Positions 1 to 9,691 of a stretch of 64,000 nt of DNA are shown here, piece by piece (positions within the stretch are counted from its first letter, which is position 1; the number at the start of each line of letters is the position of its first letter). The translations under genes were made by a program, and so were the position numbers. The stretch covers positions 134,346-198,345 of the forward strand of contig JAJECI010000007.1 of NCBI GenBank assembly GCA_022822065.1, in the 5' to 3' direction. Origin of the DNA: Candidatus Dadabacteria bacterium. GTDB taxonomy: Bacteria; Desulfobacterota_D; UBA1144; Nemesobacterales; Nemesobacteraceae. The notes under the pieces are model-generated. The model ran no database searches. It was not told the DNA's origin and was given only the letters and a program-made list of their open reading frames with translations.

Positions 1-1260
1 ATTTACATTTCTCCCGAGATGGCCTTCTACGCGTTTTTGCCGTTTCCGGCGCTTGCCGTCTTCGTATACAAGTTCGGAAACATGATAGAGAGTAGATTCC
101 AACGCTCCCAGGATTCCTTTTCAGAGCTCACTGAAAGCGCGAGAAAACCAGTCTCGGGAATCAAGGTGGTAAAGGCGTTCAGGCTTGAGCGGGCCGAAGA
201 AGGGGATTTTGACCGCGCCAGCGCGGACTACCTTGAAAAAAACGTACGCCTCGTGAAAATCCGGGCGGCCTTCCAGCCATTTATATATTTTGTGCCCTCA
301 TTAGCGATGGCCCTGTTTCTTTTCTTCGGCGGAAGAGGCGCAATCGGGACCGAAATAACCCTGGGGGAATTCACCGCCATACTCGTCTACCTCATGATGC
401 TCGCCTGGCCCATGATGGCCATGGGATGGGCGATTGACCTTCTAAAAAGGGGAAACGCTTCGATAAACCGGCTAAACAACATTTTCGCTGTCGAACCGAA
501 AGACGAAACGCGAGCAGGGGAAAAGGACTACGAACTAAAGGGAGACATAAGTTTCTCCGGGGTTTCCTTCTCCTACGGCTCCACCCAGGCTTTGCGCAAA
601 CTCAACCTCCACATACCCCGCGGAACGACCTTGGGAATAACGGGGCTTGTGGGTTCGGGGAAAACCACGCTGATGAAGCTGCTCATGAAAATCCACGAGG
701 CCGAGTCGGGAGGAATAACAATCGACGGGATCGACATAAGAGAGATATCGAGAAAAAGCCTTCAGGAAACCATCGTCTACGTGCCACAGGAAATAACCGT
801 GTTCAGCGGAACGGTTTCCGACAACATTACCTTCATAAACCCGAGCATAACCCGCGAACAGGTAGAGCAGGCAGCCAAAACGGCTGGGATATACGAACAG
901 ATAATGGAGTTTCAGAAGGGATTCGACACCGTGGTGGGAGAACGGGGACTCAGCCTCTCGGGAGGACAGAGACAACGTCTGGCCATAGCGAGGGCTCTGG
1001 TGCTCAAGCCAGAGGTCCTGATACTCGATGACGTGCTCTCGTCCCTTGATCCGCAGACGGAAAACACCGTGATAACAAACGTGATAGAGGCAATGCGCGG
1101 GCGCACGGTGGTGATAATCTCAAACAGGATATCCTCCGTAGTGGGGCTCTCGCGAATCGCGGTCATGAAAGACGGGGAGATAATCGAGAGCGGAGGGCGC
1201 GGGGAGCTTGTGGAGCGACGCGGAGTCTACTACGCGCTTGAAAAACTGCAGTCTGTCTAG
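1..1260 (+). CDS. ABC exporter subunit (5'-partial, gene continues upstream of window); C-terminal NBD has Walker A GSGKTT, signature LSGGQ, but Walker B ILDD (E->D) and H-loop Asn
   Basis: ORF 19..1260 is open back to nt 1 in frame; ABC NBD motifs are readable in the translation. Confidence 0.85.
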   Translation: MYISPEMAFYAFLPFPALAVFVYKFGNMIESRFQRSQDSFSELTESARKPVSGIKVVKAFRLERAEEGDFDRASADYLEKNVRLVKIRAAFQPFIYFVPSLAMALFLFFGGRGAIGTEITLGEFTAILVYLMMLAWPMMAMGWAIDLLKRGNASINRLNNIFAVEPKDETRAGEKDYELKGDISFSGVSFSYGSTQALRKLNLHIPRGTTLGITGLVGSGKTTLMKLLMKIHEAESGGITIDGIDIREISRKSLQETIVYVPQEITVFSGTVSDNITFINPSITREQVEQAAKTAGIYEQIMEFQKGFDTVVGERGLSLSGGQRQRLAIARALVLKPEVLILDDVLSSLDPQTENTVITNVIEAMRGRTVVIISNRISSVVGLSRIAVMKDGEIIESGGRGELVERRGVYYALEKLQSV

Positions 1261-1269
1261 GATGTACAA

Positions 1270-3297
1270 ATGAGCGACTTGGAGAGAAACAGGAAATCAA
1301 CTTACGATCTTAAGATCCTAGGGTGGATTCTGGGGTTTCTGGGAAAGTACCGCGGTTACTTCGCCCTGTCGCTTATTCTGATGATCGCCACGGCGGCGCT
1401 TGAAATCACGGTTCCCTACCTCATCAAAGTCGCGGTTGATGACTATATCTATCCTACCTGGAGCAGGGCCGAGGGAGGGGAAGAAACGCAGCGGGCGCTC
1501 TCGGGACTCGGGGCGGAATCCACGCTTGAGCTTGCGGACGGAGGATTCCTGGTTGATTTCTCAAAGCTCTCCTCCTCGCAAAAGGACAGAATCGAGCTCT
1601 CGGGCGTCGAGTTCTCCGAGACAAAATACGTCGTGGTCGACTCCGGGGAATTTGAGGGAGATGAAAAGCGGGAGGTTCTGGGAATAATTGCCCGAAACGC
1701 CTCATTGTTTGAAGAAACCGAAAGGGTAGCGTTTCTGGCTCACTCCGACCTTGAGTCACTCGGCAAGGAGGAAGTGTCGCTTCTTCGCTCGAAACAGATA
1801 AAAAGGCTCGGGACCCTCGCTCTCTACGTGGTTTTATCCGTAATCGGAATTTTTATCTTCACCTCCGCTTTTACCTACATTCTTCACTACTCGGGCCAAA
1901 AAATAATGCACGACATGAGAAGCCACACCCTCTCCCACATACTCTCCCTTCCCCAGCAGTATTTCGACCAAAACCCCGTGGGCAGGATAACCACCCGCGT
2001 CACAAACGACGTGAACGCCATAAACGAGATGTACACTTCCGTTCTTATACATTTCATAAAGGACATCATAATCATAATCGGCACCCTGGTGATCATGTTC
2101 AGAATGAACGTCGGGCTTACGCTTATAATTGTCGGGCTCACGGCATTTCTTGCTTTCACGGTCTCCATTTTCCGAATGAAGCTTCGACTGGTGTACAGGG
2201 AGATCCGAAGAACCATAGGCAAGTTAAACGCCTTCGTCGCCGAAAGCATGAGGGGAATAATACTCCTTAAGCTTTACGGAAAAGAAAAAAGAAACTTCGA
2301 GAAATTCTGGGAGGTAAACACGGAGAACTACAGGGCCAACATACAGCAGCTCTGGGTCTACGTGTTTTTCCGCCCTTCCATAGAGTACGTGGGCATAGCT
2401 GCAACTGGGATAATCCTGTGGTACGGTGCAATCGGGGTTATGGACCTCGATCTCTCCCTAGGTGCCCTGCTCGCATTTCTTTACTACGTAAGGATGATAT
2501 TCAAGCCCATCCAGGAGCTTTCAGAAAAATTCAACGTCTTCCAGTCCGCCGTTGCCGCCTCCGAGAACCTCTACGACACTCTGGCGGAAAAGCCCGAGGC
2601 AAGCGGATCTCTGGTGCCCGCGACAACCGAGGGCTCCCTTGAGTTCCGGGGCGTATGGTTTTCGTATAACGAGCTCGAGTGGGTACTCAAGGACGCGTCC
2701 TTCGTAATAGGACCTGGAGAAAGCGCCGCCCTTGTGGGAATCACGGGAGCGGGGAAGACAACCATCGTGAACCTGATCCTTAAATTCTACAAACCCCAGA
2801 GGGGCCAGATTCTCTTTAACGGCGTAGACATCGAGGAGTTGTCAAACCAGTACCTGCGCTCGAACATAACCGCCATCTTCCAGGACCTTTTCCTGTTCGA
2901 AAAGGATGTATCCGACGAGAGAGACGGGCGGGATGTCCCGGCAGCCGAAACCGAAAAGTTTTCTTCGGGAGAAACCCAGGCCCGATCGATCGAAAAAGCG
3001 GTCAGAAAAGATTCGAAACTCCTCATAATGGACGAGGCAACTTCCCACCTGGATGCGGAAACTGAAGAAAGAGTACAGGAAGTGATAAGGAATAATGCGG
3101 GCTCTCAGACAAGGCTAGTGATAACCCACAAGCTCTCAACCCTAAAAAACGTGGATAACGTAATAGTGATCCATAAAGGGGAAGTAGTGGAGCAGGGGAC
3201 TCACGAGAAGCTGGTTCAGAACAAAAACATCTATCACACCCTTTATGAGTTTCTGAGAAAAACCGCGGCGGATCCTCTCCCGGGCTCCGGCGCGTGA
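1270..3297 (+). CDS. ABC exporter permease/ATPase subunit (TMD+NBD); signature motif degenerate (FSSGE), Walker B LIMDEATS and H-loop His intact; partner of upstream subunit
   Basis: 675-aa ORF; 6-TM N-terminal half then NBD with GAGKTT; 10-nt gap from upstream gene. Confidence 0.85.
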   Translation: MSDLERNRKSTYDLKILGWILGFLGKYRGYFALSLILMIATAALEITVPYLIKVAVDDYIYPTWSRAEGGEETQRALSGLGAESTLELADGGFLVDFSKLSSSQKDRIELSGVEFSETKYVVVDSGEFEGDEKREVLGIIARNASLFEETERVAFLAHSDLESLGKEEVSLLRSKQIKRLGTLALYVVLSVIGIFIFTSAFTYILHYSGQKIMHDMRSHTLSHILSLPQQYFDQNPVGRITTRVTNDVNAINEMYTSVLIHFIKDIIIIIGTLVIMFRMNVGLTLIIVGLTAFLAFTVSIFRMKLRLVYREIRRTIGKLNAFVAESMRGIILLKLYGKEKRNFEKFWEVNTENYRANIQQLWVYVFFRPSIEYVGIAATGIILWYGAIGVMDLDLSLGALLAFLYYVRMIFKPIQELSEKFNVFQSAVAASENLYDTLAEKPEASGSLVPATTEGSLEFRGVWFSYNELEWVLKDASFVIGPGESAALVGITGAGKTTIVNLILKFYKPQRGQILFNGVDIEELSNQYLRSNITAIFQDLFLFEKDVSDERDGRDVPAAETEKFSSGETQARSIEKAVRKDSKLLIMDEATSHLDAETEERVQEVIRNNAGSQTRLVITHKLSTLKNVDNVIVIHKGEVVEQGTHEKLVQNKNIYHTLYEFLRKTAADPLPGSGA

Positions 3298-3311
3298 CAT
3301 CCGCCCGGCGT

Positions 3312-4073
3312 CTAAAACACCCCGAGAAGCTTAAGAGCCATAAGCCCGACGGCAACGACAAGGGCCAGCCTTATGTATTTTTCGCCGCCCCTTACGGAAA
3401 ACGTGGCGCCGAACCATCCGCCGACCGAATTTCCCGCAGCGAGACAGATGCCTATGAACCAGCTTATGTTGCCGCTTAGAAAAAATATGAGGATCGCGGG
3501 AATCGTGTAGATAAGCACCACAATCACCTTGTGCGCATTTACCTTGGCAAGCGATGCCCCCATAAGGTGGTAAATAGCCGCCATTATGAGAATCCCCACG
3601 CCGACCTGGATAAAGCCGCCGTAAAAACCTATAAGCACAAGTGCAGGGTAAAGAACCCACCCCCGCCCCTCTCTGTCGAGTCCGCCAAGCAACTTGCCGA
3701 AAGAATCAACTTTAAAAAAGAAGGAAGCGCAGACAAAGATAAGCACGACGGCCAGGATCTTCTCGAAAAGCTCATCCCCCACCCGTACCGCCGCGAAAGC
3801 TCCCACAAGAACGCCGGGAAGGGTGAAAATCGCCAGCTTGATGCTGGTTTTCATGTCGGCAACGCCCTCTTTTCTAAAAGAGAGAGTCGCAAAGAAATTC
3901 TGAAACAGGATCGCCACCCTGTTTGTTCCGTTTGCAACAGTGGGATCGATTCCAAGAAATATGAGCACCGGCAGAACGATGCTGCTTCCGCCGCCCGCCA
4001 TCACGTTTATTACTCCTGCCAGAACACCTGTGAAGAAAAGCAGGGTTAGAGAGAGAAGATCGTATTCATACAT
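3312..4073 (-). CDS. TauE/SafE (DUF81) family sulfite/anion exporter membrane protein
   Basis: 253-aa polytopic membrane protein with GGGSSIVLP-type motif typical of TauE/SafE. Confidence 0.7.
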   Translation of the reverse strand: MYEYDLLSLTLLFFTGVLAGVINVMAGGGSSIVLPVLIFLGIDPTVANGTNRVAILFQNFFATLSFRKEGVADMKTSIKLAIFTLPGVLVGAFAAVRVGDELFEKILAVVLIFVCASFFFKVDSFGKLLGGLDREGRGWVLYPALVLIGFYGGFIQVGVGILIMAAIYHLMGASLAKVNAHKVIVVLIYTIPAILIFFLSGNISWFIGICLAAGNSVGGWFGATFSVRGGEKYIRLALVVAVGLMALKLLGVF

Positions 4074-4107
4074 GTTGCTCAGCTACCTGACTAGTATAAT
4101 CGTTCGG

Positions 4108-4479
4108 TTAGAGCTCTGGAAGGTCGTAGTAATCGCCGGCGTCCTCGGTGTAGATATGGCTCTCGATTGCGAGCCCGGTCGCGCCGTCGAGGGTACCGGC
4201 AGCAATCGAGACGCGATCCTCGCCCGTCGGTTCCCAGAACAGGTTGCCGCCGCAGCGCCCGCAGAATCCGCGCCTAGCTAAATCGGAAGACTTGAACCAG
4301 ACGAGGGTCTCGTCAGACTCGAAAATGAGGTTGGCACGGGGTACCGAGGTCATGGCCGTATGATGGCCGGATGTCTTGCGGCACTGCGTACAGTGGCAGG
4401 CGATCACTGAGCGCAGGGGGCCGGTAGCCTTGTATCTGACGCCGCCGCATAGGCAGCTGCCGGTGTGAATGTCCGTCAT
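4108..4479 (-). CDS. GFA-family protein (glutathione-dependent formaldehyde-activating/CENP-V-like Zn-binding)
   Basis: CLCGGVRY...CHCTQCRK...CGRCGG cysteine pattern. Confidence 0.7.
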   Translation of the reverse strand: MTDIHTGSCLCGGVRYKATGPLRSVIACHCTQCRKTSGHHTAMTSVPRANLIFESDETLVWFKSSDLARRGFCGRCGGNLFWEPTGEDRVSIAAGTLDGATGLAIESHIYTEDAGDYYDLPEL

Positions 4480-4610
4480 GTCGCCCTCCTGACCTTATTT
4501 TCCCCATAACATAATTGGAAAATCGCCTTTTACAAAATAAATCGAAAAGTCGCATGTAGAAGCTGTTTCATCTTCTTTTATTATCTTCCTTTGGGAGTTA
4601 TCGTATTCGC

Positions 4611-5507
4611 ATGAGCGCTTTTAAAGTCGCCCTTGTTCAGACACGGGTGCATAAAGACAGAGAAGAAAACCTGGAGGAAGCCATATTAAATGTAGAAAAA
4701 GCTTCCGCACTCGGAGCGAACATAGTCTGTCTTCCTGAGCTCTTTCTCACTAGGTACTTCTGCCAGTCTGAGGACACAGACTGTTTCGACCTCGCCGAAC
4801 CCATACCCGGACCCACAACGGACAGATTCTGCGGGGAAGCGAAAAAAAGAGGAGTTTTCATCGTGTGCCCGCTTTTTGAAAAAAGAGCCTCCGGAGTTTA
4901 TCACAACTCCCTTGTCCTTATCGACCCTGCGGGAGAGGTTTCCGGCATTTACAGAAAAATGCATATACCGGATGACCCCGGCTATTTCGAGAAATTCTAT
5001 TTTGCTCCCGGAGATACGGGTTTTTCATGCTTTGAAACCGGCTTTGCGAAAATAGGCACGCTTATCTGCTGGGACCAGTGGTATCCCGAAGCGGCGCGTA
5101 TAGCCTCGCTCAGAGGAGCGGACCTTATCTTCTATCCGACCGCCATAGGGTGGCACACAAACGAGGATGAACACTCGAAAAACACTCAGCTTGAAGCATG
5201 GAGAACTGTTCAGCGCGCCCACGCGATCTCAAACGGAATCTATGTCGCGGCCGTAAACAGGGTAGGCTTCGAGGAATCGGGAGAAAACGGCGGAGGAATA
5301 GATTTCTGGGGAAATTCCTTTGTGTGCGACCCGGAAGGGGCAGTGATTTCCGAGGCGTCGGGCGAAAAGGAAGAGATCATACTGGCCGACATCGATCTTC
5401 GGAAGCTTGAGGAAACAAGAAGAAACTGGCCCTTTCTTCGGGACCGACGAATTGACGCCTACTCCGAGCTTCAGCAAAGGTTTATCGACAATGATTCCGG
5501 TACCTGA
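4611..5507 (+). CDS. aguB: N-carbamoylputrescine amidase (carbon-nitrogen hydrolase)
   Basis: CN-hydrolase fold with catalytic Cys in LICWDQWYPE; directly followed by agmatine deiminase. Confidence 0.8.
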   Translation: MSAFKVALVQTRVHKDREENLEEAILNVEKASALGANIVCLPELFLTRYFCQSEDTDCFDLAEPIPGPTTDRFCGEAKKRGVFIVCPLFEKRASGVYHNSLVLIDPAGEVSGIYRKMHIPDDPGYFEKFYFAPGDTGFSCFETGFAKIGTLICWDQWYPEAARIASLRGADLIFYPTAIGWHTNEDEHSKNTQLEAWRTVQRAHAISNGIYVAAVNRVGFEESGENGGGIDFWGNSFVCDPEGAVISEASGEKEEIILADIDLRKLEETRRNWPFLRDRRIDAYSELQQRFIDNDSGT

Positions 5508-5509
5508 AA

Positions 5510-6565
5510 TTGAGTGATTCTCCGGCGGTTCGCTACAGGCTTCCGGCTGAGTGGGAACCTCATAACGCCACGTGGCTTGTGTGGCCGCAGAACGTAAGCG
5601 ACTGGCCGGGAAAATTCTCAAGAATCAAGCGGATTTACCGCGAAATCGTAAGCCATCTCTCAGAATCGGAAAAGGTAAAAATAATAGTTGACCCCGGGGA
5701 AACACGAAAGCGGGCCGAGGGTTTTCTTAGAGAAGGGCCAACTGATCTTGCCAACGTGGAGTTCTACAAGTGGCCCACGGACAGATCCTGGATACGGGAT
5801 TCCGGTCCCTTCTTCGTAAGAAATGATTCCGGGGAGCTGAGCGTCCTTGATTTCGGGTTTAACGGATGGGCCAAGTACGCAGACTGGGAAAACGACGACA
5901 TGGTTCCGGGATTCGTGGCCGAGACCCTTCGTCTCGACTCGGAAACCCCCGCACGTCTGGGAAAGAAAATCATTCTTGAGGGCGGAAGCATTGACGTAAA
6001 CGGAGAGGGATCCCTGATCACGACTAAGCAGTGTCTTCTAAGCACGGATAAACAGGCAAGGAATCCTTCTCTCGAGAAAAACGACTACGAGGCGGTGTTC
6101 TCCGAGTATTTTGGCGCAACAAACGTTCTCTGGCTTAACGGAGGCATAGAGGGAGATGATACCAACGGCCATGTTGACGATATATGCAGGTTTACGGATC
6201 CCAGCACGGTTGTCTTATGCCTTGAGAACAGTGCCGAAGACCCGAATTACCGCCCGCTTCGCGAAAACCTCGAGATACTCCAGGATCTAAGGCTCGAGGA
6301 CGGAGGAAAAATTGAGATTGTCCCCCTACCGATGCCCTCGCCGCTTTTTTTCGAAGGCGAGAGACTTCCGGCAACTTACGCCAATTTCTACGTCTCGAAC
6401 GAAAAAGTTCTAGTTCCCGTCTATAGCGATCCGAAAGACCGGGAGGCACTAGGCATAATGTCGGAGCTTTTTCCCGAAAAACATATCGTGGGAATTGACT
6501 GCGTCGATCTTGTGTGGGGATTCGGAGCTATCCACTGCATGACAAAGGAGGAGCCTCTTCGCTGA
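5510..6565 (+). CDS. aguA: agmatine deiminase
   Basis: LPAEWEPH...WLVWPQ N-terminal motif and C-terminal catalytic Cys (IHCMT) of the agmatine deiminase family; 3-nt gap from aguB. Confidence 0.8.
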   Translation: MSDSPAVRYRLPAEWEPHNATWLVWPQNVSDWPGKFSRIKRIYREIVSHLSESEKVKIIVDPGETRKRAEGFLREGPTDLANVEFYKWPTDRSWIRDSGPFFVRNDSGELSVLDFGFNGWAKYADWENDDMVPGFVAETLRLDSETPARLGKKIILEGGSIDVNGEGSLITTKQCLLSTDKQARNPSLEKNDYEAVFSEYFGATNVLWLNGGIEGDDTNGHVDDICRFTDPSTVVLCLENSAEDPNYRPLRENLEILQDLRLEDGGKIEIVPLPMPSPLFFEGERLPATYANFYVSNEKVLVPVYSDPKDREALGIMSELFPEKHIVGIDCVDLVWGFGAIHCMTKEEPLR

Positions 6566-6589
6566 CCGCGCAAACTCAGACTGAATTCG

Positions 6590-7240
6590 TCACTGCGAGA
6601 GCAGATTAACCCCTTCGTATTCGAGGATTGCCCTTTTCACGTCAAGTCCCCAGCGGTAGCCGTGAAGATTCCCCGTCTTTCCTATAACACGGTGGCAAGG
6701 CACCAAATAAGCAACCGGATTTCCCGCCACGGCGTTTGAGACGGCCCTTACGGCAGTGGGCATTCCTACCGACTCCGCAAGTTCTGAATAGGACAAGGTC
6801 TCTCCCTCCCGGACCTCCATCAGCTTTTCCCATACCTTGAGTTGAAATCGTGTTCCAAGGAGCAGTATCGCCGGCGGCTGTCTTCCAGGGGAAAACAGCA
6901 AGTTCCGCAATACTTCGGCCGTCTTTTGGTCATCTCTTCGATTCCTCGGGTTCTGCCATACCTTCCTGAATTCTTCCAAGTGGGTTTCAGTGCCGGTGCG
7001 GAAAAAACTCATATGACATATGCCTTCTTCGCAGACCCCGATAAGGCATTTTCCAAACGGGGTGCCGTGAATTCCGTAGACAAGGCGCATCCCGGACCTG
7101 GCTTCTTTCTTTTTCCCGGAGGATATCTCTTTCGTGTTAACCACAATATCCCGCCATAAGTGATTCGGGGGGCTTTTCAAGACTCCGTTATCGCGGGTTT
7201 TCTCATTTATCGACTGCATAGCAAACCTACCTTTTTCCAA
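6590..7240 (-). CDS. ogt: methylated-DNA--protein-cysteine methyltransferase (start may be an internal Met)
   Basis: C-terminal PCHRV active-site motif and HTH of the MGMT family. Confidence 0.75.
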   Translation of the reverse strand: MEKGRFAMQSINEKTRDNGVLKSPPNHLWRDIVVNTKEISSGKKKEARSGMRLVYGIHGTPFGKCLIGVCEEGICHMSFFRTGTETHLEEFRKVWQNPRNRRDDQKTAEVLRNLLFSPGRQPPAILLLGTRFQLKVWEKLMEVREGETLSYSELAESVGMPTAVRAVSNAVAGNPVAYLVPCHRVIGKTGNLHGYRWGLDVKRAILEYEGVNLLSQ

Positions 7241-8441
7241 AAATCGATCTCGCTATTATCATCTTGTGTATCTCGTTTGTGCCTTCGTATATCTCCCCGA
7301 CCTTGGAATCCCTGTAAATCTCCTCGACCTTGTAGGTGGAAGAGTCGTGGGCAAGTTCCACCATAAGCCCGAGACCCCCGAATATCTGAACGGCGTCGCG
7401 GGCCATGGTAACGCTTATCTCCGAGCCGTAGTACTTGGCGGCGGATGTCTCAAAAGTAGGGAAAGAATCCCCGCTGTCCAGGCAGAGCGCGGCCTTCAGA
7501 TACAGATTCCTAGCGTTTTCTATCTCAACGGCCCTCTGCGCTAGCAAAAACTGCCAGTGCTGAAAATCGGCTATCTTTTTTCCGAAAGCCTCCCTATTGT
7601 TCATGAACTCCACGCACTCATCGAACGCCGACTGCGCCATGCCCACGCCGCTTGCCCCGATTCCCGTCCTTCCGTAAAGAAGGGAATTAACAGCGACCCG
7701 AAGTCCATCTCCTTCCTTCCCTATCAGGTTTTCCCGGGGCACCTCCACGTCTTCAAGGTATATGTCGTAGGTAAGCTCTCCCCTGTTTCCGAGTTTTTTA
7801 TCCGGAGCGCTCACGGAACAGCCCGGCGAATCAAGATCAACCACTATCATTATGGACTTGTCCCCCGCCGAGGCCAGCAGGGTCACGAAATCAGCCACCC
7901 CGGCGTTGGTTATGTAGCGCTTGCGGCCGTTTATAATATATTTTTTACCCTTCCTGCGGGCTTTCGTTACAAGAGACTCGGTCCTTACGTCAGAACCCGA
8001 CTGGGGCTCCGTCATCGCAAACGACCCTACCGAGGTTCCGTCAAGAGCCGCGGCGAGATACTTTTCCTTTATGTAGGGCAACCCCATAGCCAAGGTTTTT
8101 CCAGAGAGCAGAAAATGGGCGTTTATCGTTCCCGCGACGCTCGCGCTTATGTAGGCGAGCTCCTCTGCCATGACCGCCGCCGCGCACGCGGGGTAGGAAA
8201 GACCCAGTCCCCCGTCCTTTTTTGAATACGGAATCCGAAAAAAACCCTCTGCGGCCATCTTGCTGAAAAGATCACGGGGGAAATTCTCGTTTTTCTCGCT
8301 TTTCTCTCCTATGTCCCGGGCAAGCGGAAAAACCTCTTTTTCGGCAAAATCCCTCACCTTCTGCCTGATTTCCCTCGTTTCTTCGGGAAAAAGATGCTCC
8401 TTGTAGAGCTTTGTCTGCATTCTTGGGGGTAGTTTGCGCAT
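7227..8441 (-). CDS. acyl-CoA dehydrogenase
   Basis: 404-aa ORF with ACAD N/M/C domain pattern (GSDV...YEGTNEI). Confidence 0.8.
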   Translation of the reverse strand: MRKLPPRMQTKLYKEHLFPEETREIRQKVRDFAEKEVFPLARDIGEKSEKNENFPRDLFSKMAAEGFFRIPYSKKDGGLGLSYPACAAAVMAEELAYISASVAGTINAHFLLSGKTLAMGLPYIKEKYLAAALDGTSVGSFAMTEPQSGSDVRTESLVTKARRKGKKYIINGRKRYITNAGVADFVTLLASAGDKSIMIVVDLDSPGCSVSAPDKKLGNRGELTYDIYLEDVEVPRENLIGKEGDGLRVAVNSLLYGRTGIGASGVGMAQSAFDECVEFMNNREAFGKKIADFQHWQFLLAQRAVEIENARNLYLKAALCLDSGDSFPTFETSAAKYYGSEISVTMARDAVQIFGGLGLMVELAHDSSTYKVEEIYRDSKVGEIYEGTNEIHKMIIARSIFGKR

Positions 8442-8622
8442 TTTGCTAACTCCAGTAGTTAAGAATTGTGCTTCTGCGAGGACAGGCTGGCAGATGTTCT
8501 CTAAACAGTTTAACCAACTTATCGGATGAACGTTAAAAGCGTCTCAGGAGAACCGAGATCCGGAAGGGAAAACAAGAACCCTAAGTGCTCTGTGCTTCCC
8601 ACGGTCTTCGCTCTCAAGTAGA

Positions 8623-9627
8623 ATGAACCCGAGCAAACCCGCATTTGGGAGGAAGCAATTGTCTCTTACCGGAATCGTCGTTCCCTACTGGGCCGACGTA
8701 AAAAAAGACGATCTCACCTATTTCTCGAAACTGGCAGAAGATCTGGGCTATCACTCCATCTGGGTTCCCGAGATGTGGGGACGAGACGCATTTTCCCTGA
8801 TATCCCACATTGCATCGGTCACAGAAAGGATAAATCTGGCCACCGGCATCATTTCCGTTTACAGCAGGTCTCCAGCACTCATAGCCCAGACGGCGGCCAC
8901 CGTGGATGAGTACTGCGGGGGAAGATTCATACTCGGACTGGGCATAAGCAGCGTTTACCTCAACGAATACTGGCACGGCACGAAATTCGAGCGGCCCCTG
9001 AGACGGACGCTTGAGTGCGTCGAGATAGTAAGGACGATACTCGCGGGAAAGAGGGTTGAATACGAGGGGGAGATTTTCAGGCTTAGAAACTTCAAACTTC
9101 TTTTTAAGCCGCAAAGAAGCGAGATTCCAATATATATCGCATCCATGGGACCGAAAAACATCGAACTTACCTCCCGGGTCGCTGACGGCTGGATTCCCTA
9201 TCTCTGCCCCGTAGACCTTATAAACGAAAGAAAAAAGGTACTTGCTTCCGGCGGAAGAAAAATTACCGTGGCCCCGTTTCTTCCAGCGATGGTTTCTGAG
9301 AACCGAAGCGAATCAAGAGAAATCGTAAGGGAGTTCGTGGCCCTTTACGTATGCTCCATGGGAGATTACTACCACAATCTCGTAAGCAGTTACGGATTCG
9401 GGGATGAAGCGGACAGGGCGAAAAAGCTCTGGAGGGAAAACAGAGCGGAGGCTATAAAAAGCATAAGTGATGAACTGCTTGATCTTGTTTCCGTGAGCGG
9501 TTCCCCGGAAGAAGGAAGAGCAAGGCTCGGGGAGTTCGCCGAGAGCTCCGATCTTCCCATTCTCATGTTTCCCTACAACGCTTCGAGGGAGCAGATAGCT
9601 TTCGCAATGAAAGCGCTGGCTCCTTGA
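8623..9627 (+). CDS. LLM-class (luciferase-like) flavin/F420-dependent oxidoreductase
   Basis: TIM-barrel LLM family pattern (WVPEMWGRDAF..., GLGISSV). Confidence 0.7.
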   Translation: MNPSKPAFGRKQLSLTGIVVPYWADVKKDDLTYFSKLAEDLGYHSIWVPEMWGRDAFSLISHIASVTERINLATGIISVYSRSPALIAQTAATVDEYCGGRFILGLGISSVYLNEYWHGTKFERPLRRTLECVEIVRTILAGKRVEYEGEIFRLRNFKLLFKPQRSEIPIYIASMGPKNIELTSRVADGWIPYLCPVDLINERKKVLASGGRKITVAPFLPAMVSENRSESREIVREFVALYVCSMGDYYHNLVSSYGFGDEADRAKKLWRENRAEAIKSISDELLDLVSVSGSPEEGRARLGEFAESSDLPILMFPYNASREQIAFAMKALAP

Positions 9628-9655
9628 GAAAGCAATCCGATTCAAGGGTCAGGTC

Positions 9656-9684
9656 TTGACATAGCTTTTCGTCCACATTATAAT
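9656..9684 (+). promoter_or_regulatory. sigma70 consensus promoter TTGACA-17nt-TATAAT; start codon 8 nt after the -10, implying a leaderless mRNA
   Basis: TTGACA at 9656-9661, 17-nt spacer, TATAAT at 9679-9684, ATG at 9692. Confidence 0.6.
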
Positions 9685-9691
9685 CTTTTTC

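Noticed and set aside
7557-8225. 222-aa plus-strand ORF
   Set aside because: Antisense to the acyl-CoA dehydrogenase gene. No motifs.
8614-9114. 166-aa minus-strand ORF
   Set aside because: Antisense to the LLM oxidoreductase gene.
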